Below, piece after piece: positions 1-7,908 of a stretch of DNA of 26,509 nucleotides (its first letter is position 1; each line of letters opens with the position of its first letter). The position numbers and the translations under genes were made by a program. This DNA is from an uncultured bacterium. GTDB lineage: Bacteria; Bacillota; Clostridia; Lachnospirales; Lachnospiraceae. The DNA is taken from positions 1-26,509 of the forward strand of contig CALFUE010000113.1 in NCBI GenBank assembly GCA_937916345.1, given 5' to 3'. Below the pieces are notes generated by a model. That model was not told the DNA's origin. It made no database searches and saw only the letters and a program-made list of their open reading frames with translations.

Positions 1-1
1 A

Positions 2-250
2 GTAGCTCAGGGCTATAAGGACAGCAAAGAACGTACCGCTGTCGTCAAGTTCAAGGTCTCCGGCGAGAATGCTTATTTCCTGGCATGGACCACCACTCCC
101 TGGACCCTTTCCTCCAACACGGCACTCTGCGTCGGGCCGCAGATAGATTATGTCAGGGTTCTCAGTTTCAATCCCTACACTGGCAGTGAAGCCATATATG
201 TCCTTGCGAAAGAACTGGTCAGGCAGTGGTTCAACCCCAAGGCCGAGGGC
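2..250 (+). CDS. ileS: Isoleucyl-tRNA synthetase, internal fragment (no start or stop in window); reading frame continues without a stop into the next CDS
   Basis: Frame-2 translation ...KFKVSGENAYFLAWTTTPWTLSSNTALCVGPQIDYVRVLSFNPYTGSEAIYVLAKELVRQWFNPKAEGL carries the IleRS CP1/editing-domain signature WTTTPWTLPxN and flanking residues typical of Bacteroidetes-type IleRS. Identification is from memory of the family motif, not a database search. Confidence 0.55.
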
Positions 251-1513
251 CTGGATTTCGCCGTGTCCAACGTGGGCGGCTATTTCGACCCGGAGACAGC
301 GGACCGGGCCATTGCCGAGGGAAAACTGGATCTGGTGGCCATGGCCCGGGCCTGGATCTCCAACCCCAACTACGGCGACCTGCTGTACGAGGACCGGGCG
401 GACGACATCGTCCCCTGCCTGCGGTGCAACCGGTGCCACGGCCGGAGCCAGAAGGACCTGATGTCCACGGTCTGCTCCGTGAACCCCCACTTCGGCTTCG
501 AGGAGGTGGACCGCTATCTGGTGACCCCGGTCACGAAGCGCAAAAACGTCGCCATCATCGGCAGCGGCCCGTCGGGCTTGACCTGCGCCAAGGACTTGCT
601 CTCGATGGGTTACGACGTGACGATTTTCGAGGCCTTGCACGAGATGGGCGGCGTGTTGGTGTACGGCATCCCGTCGTTCCGTCTGCCTAAGGACACCGTC
701 GTGAAGAAAGAGGTGGAGAGCGTGGAACGTTTGGGCGCGAAGTTCGAGAAGGACGTGGTCGTGGGCCGCACCATCACCATCGACGAGCTGATGCACCGCG
801 AGGGCTACGAGGCCGTCTTCATCGGCTCGGGCGCCGGCTTCCCGATGATGCTCAACATACCGGGCGAGAACTATTGCGGCGTGGTGTCGGCCAACGAGTT
901 CCTGACGCGCAACAACCTGCTGTTCTCTTATAAGGAAGGCTACGAGACTCCGAACTACGTCGGCAAGAAAGTCGCCGTGGTGGGTGGCGGCAACGTGGCT
1001 ATGGACGCCGCGCGCACGGCCTTGCGTCTTGGCGCCGAGGTGCATATCGTCTACCGTCGCAGCGAGGCTGAACTGCCGGCGAGGGCCGAGGAGGTGCATC
1101 ATGCCAAGGAAGAAGGCGTCATCTTCGACCTGCTGACGGCGCCTGTCGAGATTTTGGGCGACGAAAACGGCTGGGTGAACGGCTTCAAGTGCGTGCGTTG
1201 CGAGCTTGGCGAGCCTGACGCCTCGGGCCGCAGAAGCCCCGTGCCGATTGAAGGCTCGGAGTTCGTCCTCGACACCGACATGATCATCATGGCGTTGGGC
1301 ACTTCGCCTAACCCGCTGATTGGCAGCACGACGCGCAACCTTGAGCGCAACAAGAAAGGCTGTATCATGGCCGACGAAGTGGGGCAGACCTCACGTCCGG
1401 GCATCTTCGCCGGTGGCGATGCCGTCAGCGGAGCCGCCACGGTCATCCTCGCCATGGGCGCAGGCAAGAAAGCAGCCAAAGCGATTGATGAATACATTAA
1501 GAGCCTGCATTGA
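251..1513 (+). CDS. NADH:flavin oxidoreductase of the 2,4-dienoyl-CoA reductase (FadH)/OYE family, 5'-truncated: C-terminal end of the TIM barrel + Cys-rich Fe-S linker + GltD-like FAD/NAD(P)-binding domain
   Basis: The translation has ...AEGKLDLVAMARAWISNPNYGD (end of an OYE barrel) and a CLRCNRCHG cysteine cluster. It has two Rossmann dinucleotide motifs VAIIGSGPSG and VAVVGGGNVAMDAA, and a GIFAGGDAV motif near the C-terminus. The stop is TGA at 1511-1513. The ORF-track M at 263 is internal because the frame is open back to nt 2. Confidence 0.8.
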   Translation: MDFAVSNVGGYFDPETADRAIAEGKLDLVAMARAWISNPNYGDLLYEDRADDIVPCLRCNRCHGRSQKDLMSTVCSVNPHFGFEEVDRYLVTPVTKRKNVAIIGSGPSGLTCAKDLLSMGYDVTIFEALHEMGGVLVYGIPSFRLPKDTVVKKEVESVERLGAKFEKDVVVGRTITIDELMHREGYEAVFIGSGAGFPMMLNIPGENYCGVVSANEFLTRNNLLFSYKEGYETPNYVGKKVAVVGGGNVAMDAARTALRLGAEVHIVYRRSEAELPARAEEVHHAKEEGVIFDLLTAPVEILGDENGWVNGFKCVRCELGEPDASGRRSPVPIEGSEFVLDTDMIIMALGTSPNPLIGSTTRNLERNKKGCIMADEVGQTSRPGIFAGGDAVSGAATVILAMGAGKKAAKAIDEYIKSLH

Positions 1514-1544
1514 TGATTTTGGTGCTGCACCGCAGCACCAAAAT
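1514..1544. terminator. Perfect 14-bp inverted repeat (GATTTTGGTGCTGC-ACC-GCAGCACCAAAATC) between convergent genes; candidate bidirectional terminator without a strong U-tract
   Basis: The inverted repeat is seen directly in the sequence. The left arm abuts the TGA of the oxidoreductase and the right arm overlaps the stop codon of the minus-strand gene. The downstream tract is only moderately T-rich. Confidence 0.35.
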
Positions 1545-1843
1545 CATTCCTTGATTTCCACATAAAACACGGTCGGGTCGTCGTCCTCTTCAAACGACTC
1601 GTCGGTGTAGTATTGTCCGGGCTTGTCGTCGTCCTGGAAGAGGATGAGCGTCACCTTCTTGAAAGGGATAGGCTGTCCGGCGCGGCTGTAGTAGTCGATG
1701 TTGGCTTCGGTGAGACCTTCCAAACGCATCATTTTCAGCATCATGGCAAGGTCGAGGTTCACATTGAGCAACTCCTCTTTCCACTCGATGCTGATGACCG
1801 CCGTGGTGTAGAGCTTAAAGTTCTTGACTTCGATTTTCTTCAT
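1544..1843 (-). CDS. Hypothetical 99-aa protein with acidic C-terminus (MKKIEVKNFKLYTT...DESFEEDDDPTVFYVEIKE)
   Basis: It is an ORF with protein-like K/E-rich composition. The internal ATG at 1841-1843 is preferred over the TTG at 1930. The opposite-strand ORF 1613..1885 has the biased composition of a GC-frame artefact. No family is recognised. Confidence 0.45.
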   Translation of the reverse strand: MKKIEVKNFKLYTTAVISIEWKEELLNVNLDLAMMLKMMRLEGLTEANIDYYSRAGQPIPFKKVTLILFQDDDKPGQYYTDESFEEDDDPTVFYVEIKE

Positions 1844-1907
1844 GTCGGTGCGATTTTGCCTGCAAAGATGCGAAAATTTGCATGAAAATTGCATCGGTTT
1901 CGTGTGA

Positions 1908-1927
1908 ATTTTATAATTTTGTGCAAT
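1908..1927 (+). promoter_or_regulatory. Candidate Bacteroidetes sigma-A '-7' promoter motif (TAATTTTG at 1913-1920) ~26 nt upstream of the MORN-protein ATG
   Basis: The TAnnTTTG consensus is known for Bacteroides promoters. The motif is seen in the sequence. There is no Shine-Dalgarno sequence, as expected for this phylum. Confidence 0.35.
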
Positions 1928-1945
1928 CATTAAAAGAATAAGATT

Positions 1946-2584
1946 ATGCGTAAGACCTTGATTATCATTGCAATGGCTTTATTTGCCATGCCTATGTTCG
2001 CTCAAACCATTGAAAGTGTGGATGTTTCGAAAGCCCCGAATGGCAGGTTTACGGCCACGGCAGCCGACTGTACCATCGAAGGCACCGTTTTGAACGGCAA
2101 GAAAGTGGGCACTTGGATGGAGTATTTCAACAGCAACACCTATCTGCCCAAGAAAGTCGTGAACTACGAAAACGGCAAGAAGAACGGCGTTTACATCGAA
2201 ATCGACAAGACGGGTTCGATTGTGAAAAAGGCTGAGTATAAGGACGATGTGCTGAACGGACAAGTCAGCGAGTGGTATCGTGGCGGTCGGCTCTCGAAAC
2301 TGAACACCTATAAGGACGGCCAACTCGACGGCCAACAGATCCTGTGTTACGAGAAGGGCGGCAACCTCGAAGTGTCGAACTACAAGGCCGGCCTGCGCGA
2401 CGGCTTGTCGACATGGTACGACGAGAACGGCAACAAGAAGATGACCATCATGTATAAGGACGGCCAGTTTGAAGGCCGGCAGGAGACCTTCTATCCCGAC
2501 GGCTCCCTCAAGAGCGAGGCCACCTACAAAAACGGCAAGTTGCAAGGCAAGAAAAAGACCTACGAGGCCAAACCCGCCAAATGA
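1946..2584 (+). CDS. Secreted MORN-variant repeat protein (YwqK-family-like), 212 aa, signal peptide without a lipobox Cys
   Basis: It has an N-terminal signal peptide MRKTLIIIAMALFAMPMFAQT. About seven repeats of the G-x-W-x-x-Y / NG-x-x-x-G type are present (GKKVGTWMEYF, GKKNGVYIE, NGQVSEWYRGG, DGLSTWYDENG, DGQFEGRQETFYPDGS, NGKLQGKKKTYE). The stop overlaps the next start (ATGA at 2581-2584). Confidence 0.8.
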   Translation: MRKTLIIIAMALFAMPMFAQTIESVDVSKAPNGRFTATAADCTIEGTVLNGKKVGTWMEYFNSNTYLPKKVVNYENGKKNGVYIEIDKTGSIVKKAEYKDDVLNGQVSEWYRGGRLSKLNTYKDGQLDGQQILCYEKGGNLEVSNYKAGLRDGLSTWYDENGNKKMTIMYKDGQFEGRQETFYPDGSLKSEATYKNGKLQGKKKTYEAKPAK

Positions 2585-4509
2585 GAATCAAGCCTTTGCT
2601 TTTGGCTTTGTCGGCAAGCATGATGCTGTTGCAGCTCCATGCCCAAGACACCATCATGTTGCATTCCGTCGATGTGACTGCGGAACACAACGATATTGAG
2701 GTGCTGAAACCCTTGGTGGCCAAGAAGTTGGATACCCTCGTACTGCAATCCAAAAGCACCTCAAGCCTTTCCGACCTGCTCATCCAGCACAGTCCGGTCT
2801 TCATCAAGACCTACGGGCCGGGCGGCACGTCGACGGCCTCGTTTCGCGGCACGACGGCGAGTCACACCCTCGTGCTTTGGAACGGCTTCCAACTCAACGC
2901 GCCCAACCTCGGCCAGGTCGACTTCAGCACCATCCCCGTCTTCTTGGCCGACGACATCGGGCTGAACTGGGGCAGCGGCACCTCCGACAACAGCGGCGGC
3001 TTGGGCGGCTCGGTCAACATCGACAACAAGAGCCGTTTCGGTGACGGCCTCTTGCTCGACTTGAAACAGACCTTCGGCAGCTTCAATACATGGGGCAGTT
3101 TCGTCACCGTGGGCAACTACGGCAAGCGGTTCTCGTTTCGCGTGAAGGCCTACCGCAACTCGTCGGACAACGACTTCGAATACGTCAACCACGCCCAATT
3201 CGGCCATCCCAAGATGACGCAGCGCAACGCCGATTTCGTCGACTACGGCGTGATGCCAGAAATCAGCATCATGCTGAAAAACAGCGTTATATCGCTCTCC
3301 TCGTGGGATCAGTGGAACCACCGCAACCTGCCGCCCATCATGACCAACGTGGGCAATATCAACTCGGAGGAGTGGACGAAAGACAACTTCTCGCGCAACT
3401 TCGTGTCGTTCAAGACCTTTTGGGCGACGGGCAGCCTGCAACTGAAGTCGGCGGCCTTCGTCGAGAACCAACGTTATTTCCTTGAGACGCGCAACCCCGT
3501 GACGGACGACGTGGTGACCTACATCAACTCGGAGAACAAGGCCTTGGTGCTGCACCAAATCGCCAACGTGGAACAACAGCTTTACAAAAGTTGGACGCTG
3601 AAAGCCAAGCTGCAATGGGACGACGAGCGTGTGAGGAGCAACAACTACGAAGGCGCGAAACGGCGCGACGTGGTGTCGGCCTATGCCGCTGTCAACGGCG
3701 AGCCTTTCCCTTGCGCCAACCTCAACCTCACCGCCCGTTACGACTGGACCGACGGCCACCCGATGGGCCTTTTCCCGACGGCGACATTCTCATACCAGAT
3801 GCCGTTCTACAAGCCTTTGAGCCTCACCTTGGGCTACAGCCACAACTACCGCAACCCTTCGCTGAACGACCTCTATTGGTACCCGGGCGGCAATCCCGAC
3901 CTCTTGCCCGAAGACGGTCGCACGCTCGACTTGGCCGTGAAATGCGGCTTCCAAAAAGGCCCTTTCAAGCTCGACTTACGCACGGGCGGCTACCTCTCCA
4001 ACGTGAAGAACTGGATCCAGTGGATGCCGACCTCGTACCGCTATTGGGTACCCGAAAACGTGTCGAAGGTGTTTGCGCGGGGCATTGAGAACCACATTGA
4101 CGCGGCGTTTGTCAAGGAGAATTGGAAAGTCACGCTGTCGGGCAACTACGTCTTCACCGTCACCACCGACGAGAGCGAGAAGGCCTTTGCGCAAGGCACC
4201 AACGGCAAGCAGCTCATCTACATCCCGCGCCATCACGCCAACTGTTTCCTCAACACGCAATGGAAGACATGGAACCTGAGCTACACGGTGGAAATCACCG
4301 GGCGGCGCAGCACGTCCTACAGCGAGGAGCAGTTTTTCGCCTACGACCTGCCCTCGTATGTGCTGCATCATATAGCCATCGGCAAGCAAATCAAGAAGTT
4401 CCGCCTCGAACTGCGCTGCAACAACCTCACCGACAAGGACTACCAAAACGTCATTTGGCGCGCCATGCCCGGAAGGAGCTTCGAGGTGATGGTCAACTAT
4501 AAGTATTAA
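2581..4509 (+). CDS. TonB-dependent outer-membrane receptor, small BtuB-sized (642 aa)
   Basis: It has a signal peptide and a TonB-box-like HSVDVTA. There is a plug domain (TYGPGGTSTASFRGTTASHTLVLWNGFQLN). A conserved barrel motif is present (YRNPSLNDLYWYPGGNPDLLPEDG). The C-terminus ends in an aromatic residue (VNYKY). Confidence 0.85.
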   Translation: MRIKPLLLALSASMMLLQLHAQDTIMLHSVDVTAEHNDIEVLKPLVAKKLDTLVLQSKSTSSLSDLLIQHSPVFIKTYGPGGTSTASFRGTTASHTLVLWNGFQLNAPNLGQVDFSTIPVFLADDIGLNWGSGTSDNSGGLGGSVNIDNKSRFGDGLLLDLKQTFGSFNTWGSFVTVGNYGKRFSFRVKAYRNSSDNDFEYVNHAQFGHPKMTQRNADFVDYGVMPEISIMLKNSVISLSSWDQWNHRNLPPIMTNVGNINSEEWTKDNFSRNFVSFKTFWATGSLQLKSAAFVENQRYFLETRNPVTDDVVTYINSENKALVLHQIANVEQQLYKSWTLKAKLQWDDERVRSNNYEGAKRRDVVSAYAAVNGEPFPCANLNLTARYDWTDGHPMGLFPTATFSYQMPFYKPLSLTLGYSHNYRNPSLNDLYWYPGGNPDLLPEDGRTLDLAVKCGFQKGPFKLDLRTGGYLSNVKNWIQWMPTSYRYWVPENVSKVFARGIENHIDAAFVKENWKVTLSGNYVFTVTTDESEKAFAQGTNGKQLIYIPRHHANCFLNTQWKTWNLSYTVEITGRRSTSYSEEQFFAYDLPSYVLHHIAIGKQIKKFRLELRCNNLTDKDYQNVIWRAMPGRSFEVMVNYKY

Positions 4510-4518
4510 ACTGCCCAA

Positions 4519-7500
4519 TTACCGTTTCACCACCTTGTTGACTTTCACTCCATCGTCGGTGCAAACCCTCAGCAGATAAAGGCCTTGGGGTAGTCCTGTC
4601 ATGCCAATCATAATCTCGTTGCCGGTGATGTCGCTGTCGAAAACGGTGGCTCCCGTGATGGAAACGAGGCTGACGTGGTTTAGTCTTTCGCCCTTCAGGG
4701 TGAGTTGGTCGCCGACGGGGTTGGGATAGACCACAAGGGCATCGTCGTCGGTCGCGCTCTCCTCGATGCTTGCAGTGGGACCGAGATAGATGGTGTTGGA
4801 GAGTTCGGTCTCGCGACCGTCCCATAGGGCGGTGACGTTGTACCTTTGGTCCTCCGTGGTGCTGTAGTTAGCTTGTGTGGCCGTGAGGGCCTCATAGCCC
4901 AATACCAACTGAAGTTCGCCGCCTTCCTCCGGACCCCAATAAACGTTATAGGCGAAGTCGCCGCTGCCGTCAATTGGACTGGTATAGCCACGCAGCATCC
5001 ACGACACATATTGGTTGAACTCTGTGGCAGGTTTCCAGAAAGCGCCTTGCTTGATCAGACAGCTGTTGCCCTCGCCAACGTAATCGCAGCAGGGGATGGG
5101 TTTGTTGGTGCCCGACGTGGAGACACAGATCCACAAAGGGAGTGTGGGGTCGAAAGCGACGGGTTCGTCAAGGGCGAATTTCACGAAGCCATAGCTGGCT
5201 TCCATGTCGCGCTCCTGCACATAGAGGGTGGTGTTGCTGTTGGTCAACTCGCCATTGTAGATGGTGAAGGTGAAATGTCCGGTGGAGCAATCGAACAATT
5301 CGATGTGCGTGAGCGGATGGCCTTCGAAGTGCGCAAGGAGTTCGGGTTCTATCCTGATGCCCCACTTGTGGTTGCTCGACCCGATTTGGCTGATGAACCG
5401 GTTGTCGTCGTAAGCCAACAGGCCATGTCCGAAAAACTCGGGGGCTTCCCAGCTTAGCTCCACTTGACCGTTGTCGTAGGTGCCTTCAAGGTTTTGTGGC
5501 GGTTCGCAATAGTAGTTCATCACGTTGGCGTGCACGCTTTGCTCCGGATTCCAAGTCGAAATGCCATTGAGGGTGGTCTCCACATGATAGTGATAGGTCC
5601 CCGAGCGCATGATTCTGTCGTCGAGATAGCCGTAGCCTTCTTGAGCGGCAATTTTCCTGTCGCCACGATAGATGTCGAAATTGTGGTTTTCGGTGGGAAC
5701 GGTCCAGCTGAGCTGGATGCGTTGACCATCGGAGATGGCCGTCAGGTGTTGTGGAGGAATCACTCCCAAGCCAGTATCGGCCACGGTATGTGTGGCAATG
5801 CAGCCTGAGATGGGTGCTTCAATGTCAAAAATGGTTTCCTCTCCCGAAGCGTTCAAGCATGTGGCTCGCACATGAATGCCCGTGCTTGCTGGGTCGAAAC
5901 CGGCATTCCAATTGAAAGTGATTTCGGCGTTGGCGGGTACGTACAAGTCGGTCTCAGCCTGCGTGCCTTCATAAATGGTGAGATGCTCGGTCTTTGCCTC
6001 TGGCAGGTTGTAGTTAGCTTCCAGCTCACCACCTTTGGTTCCAAAGGGAGAATCGGACGTGATGGAGAGATGTATGGTCTCGTAGTTGCCTATGATGACC
6101 CATTGCTCGGCGAGGTCTGACAATGTGCCGTTCTGATAGGAGGCCACGGAATAGGTATGGTAGCCACGGTCGTCATTGGTATAGGCAATCGCAAAACAGG
6201 TGTCCGTCAGTTGCGAGGCCACTTCAATGCCATCACGATAGACGTTGTAGCCGTTGGCGTCGGGAGTGGCGTTCCACGACAGCTCTACCTGATGCGACAG
6301 GCTGTTGACATGGGCAATGAAATGTGTTGGTGCCGGCAGATGGTTCAACGGGCCATAGGTGAAGCTCATGCGGTCGCCTTTGGCGCTGATGTCGTAGATG
6401 GAGCCTTGCCAGTCGATGGGTTGTCCGTTGGTGAGGAAGAGGCCGGGGTTGGTGTATTGGTTGAATTCTGTCCTATTGCGTTCGGCACAGAAGTTGGCTT
6501 GGTTGAGGTCGCCGGCGTTGTTTGCATCGCCGTTAGGACGGAAGAGGTAGACCTCGTCGAATTGGTTGTAGCCGTTATACCCCGCATTGCCGTCGAAACG
6601 GAGGTCGATACGGTAAATCAGCAGTCCGCCATTGGGTAGGTTCGAGTCGAACAAGTCGTGGTCGTTGCGGTATTCGATGCAGAGATACTGGTCGGAGGTC
6701 AGTCCAATCATAAAGGCATTGCGGCGGTTGCCTTCCCATGAGACGGGCTCCAATTCGTAGGTGCCGTAGGCATCGATGATGGGGATTTCATCGATCCAGT
6801 TGCCGTACTTGCATTTCATGTAGGCGCCAATCTGTTGCGGAGGCTCGGTGGTGCCGCACATGAGGTCCCACGGGCCTACCGGGTCGGGGCCATCGCTATA
6901 GTGGTACAAGTCAGGCGCACTCAATGAATGGTTCATCTCATGGCAAAGCGTGCTGACGTTGAAATAGCCGCCGATTTCAAGTTGTAGGTTGAAGTCGAAG
7001 ACTTGCAAGTCGTTCAGAGGGACATAACGATCGTAGATGCACCAGCGGTGGGGCCAAAGCAAAGAAGCCCATTCACCGGGCTGGCCTTTGATGACAAACA
7101 CCACATTGTCGACCAAACCATCGTCATTGTAGTCAAGGTTGAGGGTGTCGGGCACTTGGTCGGCCACATAATAGATGGCACGCTCCAACAGGGAGAACTC
7201 GCGTTCGGCAGTTTCTCCATCATGATAGCCCATAGGATTGGTCACAGGGTCGAAGGGCATGTAGTATTCTTTCGGGTAGATGTCCTCGTAGGAGAGAATG
7301 GTTTCGCCGTCGGGTTCGGGATAGCAATAGGAGCGGATGTCGAGTTGGTTATACGAGGCATGATGGAAATAGTTGCGCAGCGAGATGGACTCATAGTTTG
7401 AGGCGTTAAACATCGAGTCGACGGTTGAGAATGGCGTGGTGTGATAGGTGTCGCCAGCAAAGCGGATGAAGACAACCAGATTGTTGTAGATGCCATGATT

Positions 7501-7884
7501 CATCTCGCGGTCCTTGGGCCGTTTGATGGGCTTGATGTGCTGCTCGCGCTCAAAGCGACGTTGCTGATAGGCTGCTTCAGAGATCTTCACATAAGGTTGA
7601 AGCCCAACCTCGGCAGGGTCGACACTATTGACGCGATAGGGAGAGGCGACTACCTCGCCTTTGCTGTCGCGCATGGCATAGCAGTAGTAGCTGTCTTCAC
7701 TTTTTATTATGGTGAAGCCTTCGGCATCATGCAGGTAGTTGTAGAACTCATCGCCCGAGGCAAAGCATTCGATGACCTGACCATCGGGTTGGCTGAGGCG
7801 AACCGGGATGTTTTTAAGAGGGGCTGAAAAAGCCCAATGGAACGTGCCCGCCAGGAGGGCGAGGATTAGGAAGAGTTTTTTCAT
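4519..7884 (-). CDS. M6-family (InhA-like) zinc metalloprotease with fn3-like repeats and a T9SS C-terminal sorting domain, 1121 aa
   Basis: It has a signal peptide. The HEMNHSLSAPDLYHY motif matches the HExxHxLGxPDxY M6 signature. Repeated ...LSW..P....YNVYRDG / FDIYRGD fn3-like segments follow. The C-terminal ...VYPNPVGDQLTLKG...GLYLLRVCTDDGVKVNKVVKR is typical of Por/T9SS type-A CTDs. Confidence 0.85.
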   Translation of the reverse strand: MKKLFLILALLAGTFHWAFSAPLKNIPVRLSQPDGQVIECFASGDEFYNYLHDAEGFTIIKSEDSYYCYAMRDSKGEVVASPYRVNSVDPAEVGLQPYVKISEAAYQQRRFEREQHIKPIKRPKDREMNHGIYNNLVVFIRFAGDTYHTTPFSTVDSMFNASNYESISLRNYFHHASYNQLDIRSYCYPEPDGETILSYEDIYPKEYYMPFDPVTNPMGYHDGETAEREFSLLERAIYYVADQVPDTLNLDYNDDGLVDNVVFVIKGQPGEWASLLWPHRWCIYDRYVPLNDLQVFDFNLQLEIGGYFNVSTLCHEMNHSLSAPDLYHYSDGPDPVGPWDLMCGTTEPPQQIGAYMKCKYGNWIDEIPIIDAYGTYELEPVSWEGNRRNAFMIGLTSDQYLCIEYRNDHDLFDSNLPNGGLLIYRIDLRFDGNAGYNGYNQFDEVYLFRPNGDANNAGDLNQANFCAERNRTEFNQYTNPGLFLTNGQPIDWQGSIYDISAKGDRMSFTYGPLNHLPAPTHFIAHVNSLSHQVELSWNATPDANGYNVYRDGIEVASQLTDTCFAIAYTNDDRGYHTYSVASYQNGTLSDLAEQWVIIGNYETIHLSITSDSPFGTKGGELEANYNLPEAKTEHLTIYEGTQAETDLYVPANAEITFNWNAGFDPASTGIHVRATCLNASGEETIFDIEAPISGCIATHTVADTGLGVIPPQHLTAISDGQRIQLSWTVPTENHNFDIYRGDRKIAAQEGYGYLDDRIMRSGTYHYHVETTLNGISTWNPEQSVHANVMNYYCEPPQNLEGTYDNGQVELSWEAPEFFGHGLLAYDDNRFISQIGSSNHKWGIRIEPELLAHFEGHPLTHIELFDCSTGHFTFTIYNGELTNSNTTLYVQERDMEASYGFVKFALDEPVAFDPTLPLWICVSTSGTNKPIPCCDYVGEGNSCLIKQGAFWKPATEFNQYVSWMLRGYTSPIDGSGDFAYNVYWGPEEGGELQLVLGYEALTATQANYSTTEDQRYNVTALWDGRETELSNTIYLGPTASIEESATDDDALVVYPNPVGDQLTLKGERLNHVSLVSITGATVFDSDITGNEIMIGMTGLPQGLYLLRVCTDDGVKVNKVVKR

Positions 7885-7908
7885 GGTTAGTAGCTTGTGA
7901 GTCTGTAG

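Noticed and set aside
263-1513. ORF-track start (ATG at 263) for the oxidoreductase
   Set aside because: The frame is open all the way back to nt 2 and the OYE-barrel homology begins before 263. The ATG is internal, and the real N-terminus is missing, replaced by the IleRS fragment.
1613-1885. Plus-strand 90-aa ORF overlapping the small hypothetical gene
   Set aside because: Its composition (runs of V/L/E/R/H, no start context) looks like a GC-frame artefact. The minus-strand ORF has normal protein-like composition.
2761-3759. 332-aa minus-strand ORF, along with many other 60-240-aa ORFs antisense to the TonB receptor, the M6 protease and alaS (for example 226..690, 3976..4518, 4846..5457, 6157..6639, 13243..13956)
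   Set aside because: All lie entirely inside much longer, well-supported CDSs on the opposite strand. They show the Arg/Ala/Gly/Pro/His-rich composition typical of open frames antisense to GC-rich genes. None has a Shine-Dalgarno or promoter context.
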